Below are positions 50,808 through 62,083 of a DNA stretch of 64,000 nucleotides, one piece after another. Position numbers and translations under genes: made by a program. How positions within the stretch are numbered: the stretch's first letter is position 1; every line of letters begins with the position of its first letter. Where the stretch lies: assembly GCA_964595645.1 (NCBI GenBank), contig CAZQQT010000006.1, forward strand, positions 64,001 through 128,000. The letters run 5' to 3'. The notes beneath the pieces are model-generated. The model saw only the letters and a program-made list of their open reading frames with translations, was not told the DNA's origin and ran no database searches. The stretch is from an uncultured Thermococci archaeon (lineage in GTDB: Archaea; Methanobacteriota_B; Thermococci; Methanofastidiosales; B48-G16).

Positions 50808-51425
50808 ATGGTTACGATGGAAAACTTCGGCATTGAGATAATAGAGGGGGAAGGAAGATACATTTACAAAAGAAACGACATCGAGAAGATAATACCCGGA
50901 AAAGATATCACATTCGATCTATTTCCTGTAAGCTCCTCTGGAATCGCCAATTATATACAGCTTTCACTCAAAAATCCTATCGTTATATCTCCTAGAGATA
51001 CCACCACATTCACTATAACAGCCCCCTACGATCTCCAGGTAAGGGCGTTGAAAAATAGGAAGTGGACATCTATAGATACCATTCATATTCAGAAAGAAAA
51101 ATACGCCCTTTACGGGCCTGTTGAGAAGGGAATGCTCTGTCGATATTTCAAATCGGATTCAAATGAGGAGAAAGACACGGCGATAGTACATATACAAGTT
51201 GAAAATGAAACTGAAACGTGGCAAGAAGTGAGTAAAATAGTGTTTTCAGCAGATATAGAACTCTACGAGGATGAAAAAATCCACTACCCTCCTCTTCAGT
51301 TAACCATTACCCCAACAGAACTGAAGGTGGCAGAATCTGAGAGAACAGAGGGATTAAAGAAAATTGGAAATTTTATAAAGGACTTCCACGTGAAAAAAGA
51401 ATTTACCATGGGATGGGGCTACTGA
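50808..51425 (+). CDS. DUF432-like protein
   Basis: KYALYGPVEKG.LCRY motif; adjacent to mscS. Confidence 0.7.
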   Translation: MVTMENFGIEIIEGEGRYIYKRNDIEKIIPGKDITFDLFPVSSSGIANYIQLSLKNPIVISPRDTTTFTITAPYDLQVRALKNRKWTSIDTIHIQKEKYALYGPVEKGMLCRYFKSDSNEEKDTAIVHIQVENETETWQEVSKIVFSADIELYEDEKIHYPPLQLTITPTELKVAESERTEGLKKIGNFIKDFHVKKEFTMGWGY

Positions 51426-52264
51426 TGATAGACTTTACTACACTTGAGACATTCCTTGAAAAAATAGAGAACAAAGAAATATTGGGTCACACTCTTGGCG
51501 TGTGGATTTTTTCCTTAATAGTTATAATTGTGGGGCTTATTGCTGCAAAAATTATTTCGAGGATGGCAAAAAGGTGGAGTAAGAATCGGTTTGATGTACA
51601 CGGACAGAATCTATTGAAGAAAATAGTATACTACGTTATCATCACTATTTTCGTCATGGTTGCGCTCAACAATCTAGGAGTTAACTTCTCTGGTGTACTG
51701 GTGGCTGGAGGGGTACTCGGTATTGTCCTCGGTTTTGCCAGCCAGACCGTGGTCTCCAACCTTATCTCCGGTGTGTTTATGTACTTTGATAAGCCGCTGA
51801 AGATAGGTGACTACATAATCATCCAGAACGAGGATATCAGCGGTGTCGTTACAGAAATTGAGATACTATCCACCAGAATACGTACGTGGGATGGAAATCT
51901 CGTCAGAATCCCCAATGAAAAACTCTTCAACTCTGTGATAGAAAACAGAGTCTCCAATGAGATACGAAGAATTGAGCTGATAGTAGGAATAGCCTACAAA
52001 GAAGATATCGGTAAGGCAATGGATGTGATAAGAGGAGTATTGGATGAATATCCATATGTACTCGTAGAACCGGCTCCATTTATGTACGTTAAGGAACTGG
52101 GAAGCTCCTCCATAAACATTAGGATACTGGCATGGGCTCCAAACAACTACGCCTTCCAGACGCAGAGAGAGCTCATGAAACCGATAAAGGAAGCGCTGGA
52201 TGATGAAGGTATTGAGATACCGTTCCCGCAGAGAGATGTCTGGCTGCGAAAAAAGGACTCATAG
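51425..52264 (+). CDS. mscS: Small-conductance mechanosensitive channel
   Basis: GFASQ..SNLISG, IPN, GIEIPFPQR. Confidence 0.92.
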   Translation: MIDFTTLETFLEKIENKEILGHTLGVWIFSLIVIIVGLIAAKIISRMAKRWSKNRFDVHGQNLLKKIVYYVIITIFVMVALNNLGVNFSGVLVAGGVLGIVLGFASQTVVSNLISGVFMYFDKPLKIGDYIIIQNEDISGVVTEIEILSTRIRTWDGNLVRIPNEKLFNSVIENRVSNEIRRIELIVGIAYKEDIGKAMDVIRGVLDEYPYVLVEPAPFMYVKELGSSSINIRILAWAPNNYAFQTQRELMKPIKEALDDEGIEIPFPQRDVWLRKKDS

Positions 52265-52317
52265 CCCTATCCTTTTTATAGTATTGGTTTCACACTGGAA
52301 GTAGGTGAGAATAGCAT

Positions 52318-52482
52318 ATGCGGATAGAAGGAAACAAGAAAGATCTCGTCACATGCCCACAATGTGAGTTTACCTTCAGTAAAAGTTACTCCCGAATAGT
52401 TTCTTGCAAGGAGTGCCCTCAGTCTGTGGCCCACTGTTCGTATATAAAATGCCCCAAATGCGGACATGAATTCTATGAGTAG
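52318..52482 (+). CDS. Small Cys-rich Zn-finger protein (54 aa; absent from the ORF track)
   Basis: MRIEGNKKDLVTCPQC...CKECP....C...KCPKCGHEFYE; GGTGA SD and an upstream TTTTATA box. Confidence 0.75.
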   Translation: MRIEGNKKDLVTCPQCEFTFSKSYSRIVSCKECPQSVAHCSYIKCPKCGHEFYE

Positions 52483-52586
52483 AAAGAACGTTCACTACAA
52501 TGGTATGTGTGACTCCCTATGTGGATACAGATTCTTGGATCAATTATTTAAAGAGAGTATATCGCAGTATGTAACGGAGAGTAGGT

Positions 52587-52970
52587 TTGATGTCTGAAGA
52601 GAACGCCGTATCTGACAACGCAGAATGCCAACAAATACTGGCGGAGGAAAGAACACTCCTCGCGAAAAGTAGAACGGTACAGTCGTTTATCCGTACCGGG
52701 CTAGCACTTATTGGTATGGGGATTGCTGTCCTCAAACTATTCCAACAGGCAGCATGGTCTATTGTGCTTGGAGGAGTACTGATTGCAATTGGCATCTCTC
52801 TCGTTGTTTATTACGCATGGTGGCACAAACACTACGCTGAACGAGTTGAAGAGCTCGAAATGAAAATCAGCGATATCATAGAAAATGAAAATGTAACTGA
52901 TCATAAACACGAAACGATTAAGGATAAGATTCCCGTGATTAAAAAGGAAAAAAACAAGAAAAATGAGTAG
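52587..52970 (+). CDS. DUF202-like membrane protein
   Basis: LAEERTLLA..RT..SFIRTGL plus two TM helices. Confidence 0.75.
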   Translation: MMSEENAVSDNAECQQILAEERTLLAKSRTVQSFIRTGLALIGMGIAVLKLFQQAAWSIVLGGVLIAIGISLVVYYAWWHKHYAERVEELEMKISDIIENENVTDHKHETIKDKIPVIKKEKNKKNE

Positions 52971-53186
52971 TTACTCTTCCTGTTTTCGTTCCAGCTGCAG
53001 AGAGTAACCGACTATAAAAGCTACAACAATTCCTACCACAACAACATAGAAGGGGAATCCTCTGTTGTAGCTGATTCCTGCCAACTTCTCCAGTGCAAGA
53101 CGAATTCTATAGAACTCATAGAACATTACCGCTCCTAGAACTGTGATTGCTATCTGCGACCAGAACAATTGTTTATACTTGTTCAT
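52971..53186 (-). CDS. Small membrane protein
   Basis: Two TM helices; GGTGA SD. Confidence 0.55.
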   Translation of the reverse strand: MNKYKQLFWSQIAITVLGAVMFYEFYRIRLALEKLAGISYNRGFPFYVVVVGIVVAFIVGYSLQLERKQEE

Positions 53187-53413
53187 AGTTGATCACCTTT
53201 ACGTACTTTTTATCTACTATAGATACATTTTCCCTAATATAAAATTTATGAGATGTTGACTCGAGGATCCATCGGGATCGGCCCCTCTTAATGACAGCTG
53301 GATCCATGATAGCAAGAAAAATAAACCTATCCCTATTATGTACACCTAAAACCATTTAAAGCACTGGTGTATATGATACAGTACTATAAGGATCAGGTCA
53401 TGGAGAAGGTATC

Positions 53414-55297
53414 ATGAACGAAAAAATGGATCTGCTTAGGGAAAGACTGAGTGAGGAAGATTACCAAAAACTTGTTGCTATTGATAATCATGAGGTGCAC
53501 AAGTTTGTTGCCAGATATATTGAACTCTGTAACCCAGAAGACGTGTTTATATGCACTGATTCCCCCGAAGACCTCCAATATATACGTGATTCAGCGATAA
53601 AAGAAGGAGAAGAAATAGATCTTGCCATGAAAGGCCATACTGTTCATTTCGATGGATACTATGATCAGGCACGAGACAAGGAACATACAAAGTTTCTAGT
53701 GCTGGAAGGTGTCGATCTGGGCCCAAATTTGAATCAAATGGATAAAGAGGACGGATTGAAGGAGATCAGATCGATCATGGAAAATATCATGGAGGGGCAC
53801 ACACTGTACGTACGATTTTTCTGTCTAGGGCCGGTAAAATCGAAATTTACAGTTCCATGTGTGCAACTTACAGACTCCAGCTATGTGGCCCACTCCGAGG
53901 ATCTCCTATACCGACAAGGCTATGAGGAGTTCAAGCGATTAGGGAGGAATGCCAAGTTCTTCTTCAAGTTTGTTCATAGCGAAGGCGAACTTGACGAGAG
54001 AAATAATAGCCAAAATATTGATAAACGAAGAGTATATATCGATACAGAGGATGAAATTGTATACAGTGCAAATACCCAGTACGGTGGCAATACCATCGGA
54101 CTGAAGAAACTGGCCATGCGGCTTGGAATACACAGAGGGGCACAGGAAGGATGGCTGACAGAACACATGCTCGTAATGGCTATTCACGGTCCCGAGGGAA
54201 GAAAAACGTACTTTACCGGAGCCTTCCCATCCATGTGCGGAAAAACATCCACAGCCATGTTGGACAATGAATCTATTGTTGGTGACGACATTGCCTATCT
54301 TAGAAAAATCCAAAGTGATGTCCGGGCAGTAAACGTGGAAGAAGGCATATTTGGAATCATCCAAGGAATAAACTCCAAAGATGACCCTATACAGTGGAAT
54401 GCACTTCACACTCCTGGAGAGATTATATTCTCCAATGTGCTCATAACAGAAGATAAAGGTGTCCACTGGATAGGAAAAGACGGTGAGGTCCCTGAAAAAG
54501 GATATAACCATTCAGGCGAGTGGTGGAAAGGGAAGACAGACGAGGAGGGGAAAGAGATACCCTGTTCGCATCCCAATGCCCGATTCACTATCAATCTCAA
54601 ACGACTAGAAAATGTAGACGCAAAACTCAACGACCCCAAGGGTGTAAAGGTGGGAGGAATTGTTTATGGGGGGAGAGACTCTGATACATGGGTCCCCGTG
54701 GAGGAAGCCTTTAGTTGGGAACATGGAGTCATTACAAAGGGTGCCTCTCTCGAATCGGAGACCACCGCCGCCACATTGGGGAAAGAAGGAATACGGGTCT
54801 TTAATCCTATGTCCAACCTTGACTTTTTGTCTGTTCCCATCGGAAAGTATATAGAAATCAACCTCAACTTCGGAAAGGATGTGGAGATACCGCCACAGAT
54901 TTTCTCGGTAAACTACTTCCTGCAAGATGAAAACGGCAAGTACCTCAATGCGAAGGTGGACAAAAAAGTCTGGTACAAGTGGATGGAGCTTCGTGTCCAC
55001 GATGACGTCGGCGCAATAACAACGCCCACAGGAAAGATACCGAAGTACGAGGATCTCAAACCTCTGTTCAAAGAAGTATTGGACAAAGAATACACAAAGG
55101 AAGAGTACGTACAACAGTTCACGATAAGGATCCCTGAAAATTTGGCGAAAATAGAGAGAATAAGGGAAATCTATAAAACTGAAGTTGCCAATACGCCTAG
55201 AGAAGTCTTTGAACAACTGAAGGAACAAGAAAAACGATTGAAAAGAGCAAAAAAAGAGTATGGAAACTACATTTCCCCCTTTGATCTTGAAAAATAA
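53414..55297 (+). CDS. pckG: Phosphoenolpyruvate carboxykinase (GTP)
   Basis: YGGN, WLTEHM, AFPSMCGKT, VGDDIA, HPNARF, GGRD. Confidence 0.95.
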   Translation: MNEKMDLLRERLSEEDYQKLVAIDNHEVHKFVARYIELCNPEDVFICTDSPEDLQYIRDSAIKEGEEIDLAMKGHTVHFDGYYDQARDKEHTKFLVLEGVDLGPNLNQMDKEDGLKEIRSIMENIMEGHTLYVRFFCLGPVKSKFTVPCVQLTDSSYVAHSEDLLYRQGYEEFKRLGRNAKFFFKFVHSEGELDERNNSQNIDKRRVYIDTEDEIVYSANTQYGGNTIGLKKLAMRLGIHRGAQEGWLTEHMLVMAIHGPEGRKTYFTGAFPSMCGKTSTAMLDNESIVGDDIAYLRKIQSDVRAVNVEEGIFGIIQGINSKDDPIQWNALHTPGEIIFSNVLITEDKGVHWIGKDGEVPEKGYNHSGEWWKGKTDEEGKEIPCSHPNARFTINLKRLENVDAKLNDPKGVKVGGIVYGGRDSDTWVPVEEAFSWEHGVITKGASLESETTAATLGKEGIRVFNPMSNLDFLSVPIGKYIEINLNFGKDVEIPPQIFSVNYFLQDENGKYLNAKVDKKVWYKWMELRVHDDVGAITTPTGKIPKYEDLKPLFKEVLDKEYTKEEYVQQFTIRIPENLAKIERIREIYKTEVANTPREVFEQLKEQEKRLKRAKKEYGNYISPFDLEK

Positions 55298-55437
55298 AAT
55301 CAATTCTTCTTTTTTTATTAATTCTTACAATATCATACACCAATTACTAGTAAATATCTTCTGGTAGTATATGGGGATGCACAGTCAATAAGGAGAAAGT
55401 TTATATACCTTATTTGCTCTTCTTCAAAAGAGATCCT

Positions 55438-56658
55438 ATGATGTTTCGTGAATATGATTATAAAAAGGATAGAAAAGCCGTTCACCGCATATGGAAAGAG
55501 ATAGGATGGCTTGAAGAAAACGAAGAGACCTTAGATATTCTTATCGATGCAAGCTGCGCCCGTATCGCAGAAATTAACGGAGAGGCTGAGTGTCTGGTAC
55601 TCACCACACCTGGAACAATCCGATATCTCCATGAGGATCTCCCGTTCTCATGCGTGGATGGCGTAGGTACAAGTAGAATTGCTCGTAAACAGAGATTTGC
55701 CGGAAAATTGACAGCATTGTCTATAGCGCATAGTGCCAGTGAGGGGGCACTGGTAACAGGACTAGGTATGTTTGAGCAGGGGTTCTACAACAGACTGGGG
55801 TTCGGTACGGGATCCTATGAGCACTGGATAACCTTCGATCCCGCGAGCCTAAAGGTGAACAGCGAACCATCGATGCCCTCACGAATTACAATGAATGACT
55901 GGGAAAAGGTGCATCGATCCCGTGTTCAACGAAAGCAACACCATGGGAGCTGTAATCTTCATGCGCCTAAAATAACTGAGGCGGAAATGAAATGGCCAAA
56001 AAAGTCGTTTGGATTTGGATATTTCGACAAGAAGGGCGAGATCACACATCACGTGTGGTTTAGAGCAAAGAAAATGGAACATGGCCCATACTGGGTAAAA
56101 TGGATAGCATATCAGACGAGAGAGCAGTTTCTGGAGCTGATGGCGCTGATAAAAAATCTTGGAGATCAGGTTCGAGCAGTAGCGATGCGAGAACCGGCAG
56201 ATATGCAGATCCAAGATCTAATAGATAAACCATTCAAAAAACGGCAGATAACAGAAAAATCCGAATACGAAAACAAGATGCACGCATCTGCGTACTGGCA
56301 GATGCGAATTCTCGATCTAGAAGGATGCATGGAAAAAACACATCTTCCTGAAGAGGTGTCCTTTAACCTAAACCTCATCGACCCCATCGAAACAATGCTG
56401 GACGAGGATGCTCCATGGTACGGTATCGCTGGTGAGTACGTGGTGACACTTGGACCGGAGTCTCACGCAGAAAGGGGGAAGAAGCGAGGATTGTCTACAT
56501 TAAAAGCATCAGTGGGAGCATTTAGCCGTATGTGGCTTGGCATTCGGCCTGCAACAGGTCTCGCCGTTACTGATGATCTTATTGGGCCCGATCAGCTTTT
56601 GAAAAAGCTCGATCAGACACTGCAGATACCAACACCACATCCTGATTGGGATTTCTAA
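55438..56658 (+). CDS. GNAT acetyltransferase, Eis-like
   Basis: V.TSRIARKQ..A..L and FY.RLGFG motifs; ~405-aa length. Confidence 0.7.
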   Translation: MMFREYDYKKDRKAVHRIWKEIGWLEENEETLDILIDASCARIAEINGEAECLVLTTPGTIRYLHEDLPFSCVDGVGTSRIARKQRFAGKLTALSIAHSASEGALVTGLGMFEQGFYNRLGFGTGSYEHWITFDPASLKVNSEPSMPSRITMNDWEKVHRSRVQRKQHHGSCNLHAPKITEAEMKWPKKSFGFGYFDKKGEITHHVWFRAKKMEHGPYWVKWIAYQTREQFLELMALIKNLGDQVRAVAMREPADMQIQDLIDKPFKKRQITEKSEYENKMHASAYWQMRILDLEGCMEKTHLPEEVSFNLNLIDPIETMLDEDAPWYGIAGEYVVTLGPESHAERGKKRGLSTLKASVGAFSRMWLGIRPATGLAVTDDLIGPDQLLKKLDQTLQIPTPHPDWDF

Positions 56659-56760
56659 TAATGAACATATTTTCTTTATTTTCTAATAACACGAACAAAA
56701 TACTGATTTATAGAATATTTTAGAAGAAACGTTTATATAGCTACCTTCGAGTGAGAATGT

Positions 56761-57358
56761 ATGCCTCTAGAAAAAAAGTATAAAATCGGAATTTGTCTCC
56801 TCTGTATAGCACTCATTGTATCCTCCTTTTTGCTTGTGGAGTTCACTATCATAAAAAATGAGTACTCCGCACACTCCGATGTAGAAACCTTCGCCTTTGG
56901 AAATCCCGAGGTGCATGTAAATGAGATATACCTTTATGTTGAAGAAAACAACGCAAGACTAGAGCAAGAGCTCGTGGAAATGCTACAAAGAGAAGGTATT
57001 AACATCCTTGAATCCGCAACGCTCAAAGAAAATTATGGTAACGAGGTACTACTCGTGGCACCACTCAATGAAGAAAAAACATACACCCCCATATACTCCA
57101 AAACAACTGCAGAAATACTATTTTTTTACTCTATTTCAGGAACTACGAAGTATTTTAACGAGTTTAAATCCGGGAAATCACCCGTTGTAAGGTTTTCCTC
57201 GGAGGACGGCGATCAGCTGATTATCAAGGGGGATCGTAATAGTTACGGATACTAGTAAGGGTCTCATTTCACTGAATGGATATCGAAGACATGTTGCAGA
57301 GAAAACAGCGCAGGAAATCGTGACTCGACTCATCCGTGAACTCGAAAGAAATGGATAA
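56761..57358 (+). pseudogene. Membrane-anchored hypothetical protein with an apparent frameshift near 57230
   Basis: After a G5 run the +1 frame continues IVIVTDTSKGLIS..ELERNG to TAA at 57356-57358. Could be a sequencing error. Confidence 0.45.
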
Positions 57359-57420
57359 AGAAAAATAGTATAAACAGATCTTTTTTAACCTTGACTTCAT
57401 AGAATTAATGGCCCTATACT

Positions 57421-58531
57421 ATGTTACCTGATACGTATCTTACGACTGATCTGAATAAGCCTATTAAAATCGGAGAAATAGAGGTACTCCCACTCTGGTT
57501 TGACTCTATGGGGGCAAAATCCATGGCAACATTCATCCGCACTCCTGAAGTAAATGTGCTCATCGACCCGGGAGCTGCTGTGATGCAACCGTCCTATCCT
57601 TTAAAAGACAGTGAAAAGATCGCATTTTTGGCAACTGCATTTCAACGAATCAAAGCATACTGTCTCCATTCGGATATTGTGGTAATCGCGCATTACCACT
57701 ACGACCACCACAGACTCCCTTCGGAGCTTCCAGAGCCGTACAAGGGGAAAGAACTGTATATTAAAATCCAAATACGTTGATAAACAAATCACAGTGGGAG
57801 AGAGCTCGGTCGCTGTATGAGGATCTCCTCTCGCTCCTCGATACTGAAAAGGAGATAGAAAATCTACAAACAGGGCCTGCACAAACAACGTTTAAGGATC
57901 CTTATCAGGAGTTAACACTTCTACAGGAAAAAGATTTCGGAGACTACACAGAAAGACATAATGAACTACTCAAAAAATGGCGATCCCATATGGAAAAAAC
58001 GAGTGAGCGATGGAAAGAGGGGGACTGGCTCACCGAGTGCACACTGAGGGACACCTCCATTCATTTCATTGGAGAACAAACAGTAAGAAAAGGAAAGACA
58101 GAAATAACATTTCCTGGAACGTTCTTCCACGGAATTGAGTACGCGAAAACAGGATGGGTCAATCCTGTCATTATCCGTCGAAATGATGCAACATTCATCT
58201 ATTCCTCCGATCTTCAGAGACCTACCATTGAAGACTACGCCGAGTGGATCATCCGCGAGGATCCTGATGCACTTATCTTGGACGGACCGGCCACCTACCT
58301 CTTTGGGTTTATGCTGAATAGGATCAACCTCAATAGGTCCATCGAAAATGCCAGTCGAATCGTTGAAGCGTGCGATTTTGAGTGCATGATCTACGATCAT
58401 CACCTTCTCCGGGAGAAGAAGTTCCGAGAGCATATGGAGCCCTTCTACCAAACGGTGGAAGATACTGGAAAAAATGTGTGCACGACGGCGAATGGTTTGG
58501 ACTTGCGCCACTGGTAGACGTGATTGAATAA
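57421..58531 (+). pseudogene. MBL-fold metallohydrolase (UPF0282-like), frameshifted
   Basis: DSMGAKSM, IDPG, HYHYDHH, FHG, YDHHLLR. Single-base shifts at ~57765 and ~58490 would restore KNPN..INKSQ and AEWFG..P. Confidence 0.7.
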
Positions 58532-58651
58532 AGGAGACGTACACTGAGGAAGAAATTCTGATAGGCGTCCATACAATAGAAGAACTCATTGAGATGGTAA
58601 GGGAGAACAAGTGAAAGAGACTGTTACACACTCCAGTTCCAGAATTATTCA

Positions 58652-58921
58652 TCAGAGTACAGCAAAAATACATTTTGATGGGGCGGCTTTTCTTTTGGAC
58701 GTTTTTCTTGTGGTTTTTCTTTTTTTTTCCTTATTTTGTGGTGTTTCTGTTGTCGTTGTGAGACTTTCTTGTTCTGTTTTGCTCTTCTTTGTGCACATTG
58801 TGAGACTAAAAGCAATAGTAACCATGATCAGTGCCCCCACAATGGCTACCATTTTACCAAAGATCCAGTAGAAAAACAAAGCGAAAAACGCAGCAAGTAC
58901 TACTAGCATCTCTTTTTTCAT
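58652..58921 (-). CDS. Small membrane protein with basic tail
   Basis: Two TM helices; TTTAAATA box upstream. Confidence 0.5.
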   Translation of the reverse strand: MKKEMLVVLAAFFALFFYWIFGKMVAIVGALIMVTIAFSLTMCTKKSKTEQESLTTTTETPQNKEKKRKTTRKTSKRKAAPSKCIFAVL

Positions 58922-59054
58922 AGCCCTTTTAGTATTAAGCGTAGAAATATTTAAAAGTTTCGATGTGATTCTTGGGAGCTCAGAAACGTATCCACACCAT
59001 TGTCATCATAAGTCTAGAACAAAACTTTAAAAGAAGAAAGGATGAAAGAGAGCC

Positions 59055-59279
59055 ATGAGCAAAAAGAAACAAATTTCTAGAAGAGGAACAGGTGTTGCCT
59101 TCTGCGGTATTGCAGCCTTGTTAATGGGCATGAGCTACGTAGGTGCAGCAATTTTCGGGACGGGGGGGATGAGATACTGGCCCAGCGACGTATTCAATGT
59201 GCCCATCGCAGTGAGCTGGGGATTCCTAATACTAGGGCTGGCATACCTCGTCTGGGGGGAGTACGAAGAACGAAAATAG
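59055..59279 (+). CDS. Small membrane protein
   Basis: Two TM helices. Confidence 0.55.
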   Translation: MSKKKQISRRGTGVAFCGIAALLMGMSYVGAAIFGTGGMRYWPSDVFNVPIAVSWGFLILGLAYLVWGEYEERK

Positions 59280-59299
59280 TATCACGAAGGTAGTATAAT

Positions 59300-59521
59300 A
59301 TGCACTGGGAAGCACTGGGTAAACTCTTGATTGTAGGTGGTATTTTCGTTATACTTCTCGGCATTATACTCATTTTTGTCTCAAAAATTCCCTTTTTAGG
59401 GAATCTTCCGGGCGATATCGTGATTGACAAAGGAAATATGAAAATCTATATTCCTTTGGCTACATGCATCATCCTAAGTATTATCTTAACGCTGCTTCTC
59501 AATTTACTCCTCCGAAAATAG
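59300..59521 (+). CDS. DUF2905-like membrane protein
   Basis: LG.LPGDI...K..IYIPL.TCI..S. Confidence 0.8.
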   Translation: MHWEALGKLLIVGGIFVILLGIILIFVSKIPFLGNLPGDIVIDKGNMKIYIPLATCIILSIILTLLLNLLLRK

Positions 59522-61582
59522 TTACAAGGATATATAGAGGCCGTTGCTGTCGACATACTCGATAAATCGTTGATACACAGGATGACTAGATATCGTGGAT
59601 CCATCTCCCACCACAACTAACTTCCTCCGCGCACGGGTCAGCGAGACGTTGAGTCTCCTCACATCCTCAAGGAATCCCACATTTCCCTGCGCATTGCTAC
59701 GCACTAACGAGATGATCACTGTCTCTTTCTCTCTTCCCTGGAAGCCGTCCACCGTCCTCACCTCCAGATGCTGTCGTTGCAACGTTCGTGTGATCAGGTC
59801 CACCTGATCGTCATAAGGAGAGATGATCGCAACCTCTTCTTCTTCCATCCCCACTTTTAAGAGATTTTCTGCCAGTTCAACAACAATTTCTGCCTCCTTT
59901 CTGTTCTCCTTTGAGGTAGAGCCTCTTCGTGTACGTTCGGGAGCATCAATATGCTGTGTATCGATAAACACTACCGGTTCATTGGGATCCACAATTTCCC
60001 GTATATCACTATCCGCCAATGAGATATCTACGCCAAGTCCCCGAAGTGTATGAGTGCGAACAGACGAATGGGCTTGAAGCATGGTGTGGTAAAACTCCCT
60101 ATTCGAGAAGTTCATTATCTTCTCATGCATTCGATATTGAATAGTGAGCATCTTCATGAAAGTCTCACCATACATCTGCGCCATCCGTTCAAAAAGTGTC
60201 ACCTGCAATCCTTTCTGGGCCGCCTCTTGGCTCTGAATTGTAGGGGGAAGCTGCAGATGATCTCCTGCCATGATGATTTTACCAGCGGATACGAGGGAGA
60301 TCAGACAGGACGGTTCCGTTGCCTGCGTTGCCTCATCGATCACGACCACATCGAACTTTCTTCCTTCCATGAGCTCACTTCCTGCGGTGGAATTGGTGGC
60401 GCATACCACATCAGCTTCATTTAGTATCTCATCGAGTGCTTTTCTCTTGAGCCGATCCGCTTCTTCAAACAGATCATCCGCCTTTTCTTGAAGTGTTACC
60501 CATCTCGCCATCTTCTTTATTTTGTGGGGCGAGACACCACGGGATCCTCTCTCCTGTCTGGCCAACCTCTTGATATAGGAATTAGACATTCCCCGTCTGT
60601 ACTTTTGATGCGGATATGTATATTTTTTCTGTTTTTCCTTTATTTTGAAAGCCTCATCGCGGAGCTTCACCGATTTTTGGTAAGTACTGTTCTCCTCAAT
60701 CATGTTATCCAGTGTGTGTTCCCGAAGAATAGGTGTCACCCGCGCAGGATGTCCCACTCTCACTGCATTCACTCCATTCCCTACTAGAAAATCGAGAATG
60801 TTATCTACCGCGATATTCGAATCGGCTGTAGCAAGCACCGTCTTTTCTTCCTCTACCAATTGTTGGATTACTTCTATCAGTGTTGTTGTCTTCCCTGTGC
60901 CGGGAGGCCCATGGATTAGATAGATATCCTCTGCAGCAAGTGCCTCTTCCACTGCACGTTGTTGCGGTTCGTTTAACGAGGGATTGTACCAATGCTGACA
61001 AACGACAGACGATTCCTTAGAGGGATCTCGGAGACCAAGAAGAATATCTCGTAACTCTCCGAGTCGTCCATTTGCTCTCTTCATTGTTGTCAGTGCACTC
61101 TTCATTCGCTGGAAGGTGATATCATTGACGTAGAGGTCCACGCGAATTCCTCTACCGTACACAAACCTGTGGGGTTTTGAATCAAAAACAACGGTGAGAG
61201 AGTAGTTAGTTTTCTCTGTCACCGTTCCTGTAGGGTTGTCATTTCTGAGAGGGTCCTGTTTTGAAACCATGACGAGATCACCGACGGATATTTCAGTATC
61301 GCCTAGTTCTCTCCCTCGTTTCTGGCGTACAAACTTCACGAGATATCCTCCCAGCCCTTCTCCTTCGTCCTTCCCCTTCATATTCAGGAGGGCTCTTCCC
61401 TTATTCTGTCGTTTTCGTCCTGATAGATTCCTGATCTCCTCTTCGTACTGGCGCATCTCATACGCTCGTTCCATCTCAACGAGTTCGGTGAACTGTGTAA
61501 CATACTCATCTACTTTGTGGAACGAGATAGTATCTTTCTGAGTAAGTGAGTGCACTGTATGCGATGATTCTGTATGATTCAT
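59522..61582 (-). CDS. SF1 helicase, IGHMBP2/Upf1-like
   Basis: [45 protein letters not shown]. Confidence 0.93.
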   Translation of the reverse strand: MNHTESSHTVHSLTQKDTISFHKVDEYVTQFTELVEMERAYEMRQYEEEIRNLSGRKRQNKGRALLNMKGKDEGEGLGGYLVKFVRQKRGRELGDTEISVGDLVMVSKQDPLRNDNPTGTVTEKTNYSLTVVFDSKPHRFVYGRGIRVDLYVNDITFQRMKSALTTMKRANGRLGELRDILLGLRDPSKESSVVCQHWYNPSLNEPQQRAVEEALAAEDIYLIHGPPGTGKTTTLIEVIQQLVEEEKTVLATADSNIAVDNILDFLVGNGVNAVRVGHPARVTPILREHTLDNMIEENSTYQKSVKLRDEAFKIKEKQKKYTYPHQKYRRGMSNSYIKRLARQERGSRGVSPHKIKKMARWVTLQEKADDLFEEADRLKRKALDEILNEADVVCATNSTAGSELMEGRKFDVVVIDEATQATEPSCLISLVSAGKIIMAGDHLQLPPTIQSQEAAQKGLQVTLFERMAQMYGETFMKMLTIQYRMHEKIMNFSNREFYHTMLQAHSSVRTHTLRGLGVDISLADSDIREIVDPNEPVVFIDTQHIDAPERTRRGSTSKENRKEAEIVVELAENLLKVGMEEEEVAIISPYDDQVDLITRTLQRQHLEVRTVDGFQGREKETVIISLVRSNAQGNVGFLEDVRRLNVSLTRARRKLVVVGDGSTISSHPVYQRFIEYVDSNGLYISL

Positions 61583-61745
61583 GGTTCTCCTCCATTGCCT
61601 ATATCCTGGAAAGACAGTGGACTTTTAAACCTTAGGGTACTGGTACGAGGAGTCAACATAGCCTATATACCCTTTCTAAAGCATTGGCGTGTGTATGATC
61701 AAAACATATAAAAAGAAATTCTTAAGACGGAATAATCGTGGTACC

Positions 61746-61949
61746 ATGAAACGTGATAACTGTACAAACAAAGAAATAAATGAGAAAGACTGTCCCTGCA
61801 CGTACCCGGGATGTCCGCGAAAAGGTATATGCTGTGAGTGTCTCCAGTACCATTTGGAAAGAAATGAACTGCCCGGGTGTGCATTCCCAGAAGATGTTGA
61901 AAAAACATATGATAGAACATTCAGGAAGTTTATTGAGGTTCACAGCTAA
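61746..61949 (+). CDS. Small Cys-rich protein (DUF6485-like)
   Basis: CPCTYPGCPRKGICCEC..YH...ELPGC.F...EKTYDR. Confidence 0.75.
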   Translation: MKRDNCTNKEINEKDCPCTYPGCPRKGICCECLQYHLERNELPGCAFPEDVEKTYDRTFRKFIEVHS

Positions 61950-62083
61950 AAACATTAAGAAAGGATAGCCAAATTCGTTGAAAGGTACAAAGAAAAATCA
62001 AAATACGCTCTGTGAGGGAAACACTCCTGTGAATGAAGTATACCGAATCTATTTAAGGACTCTTTCCTATCCTAAAGGAGACA

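Noticed and set aside
53255-53306. GGATCCA...TGGATCC stem upstream of pckG as an H/ACA RNA or riboswitch
   Set aside because: Only a 7-bp stem built on a palindromic hexamer, with no properly placed ACA or K-turn.
58978-59009. Minus-strand ATGATGA...CTGA as a second C/D sRNA
   Set aside because: Only one C and one D box, 19 nt apart, with no C'/D' pair.
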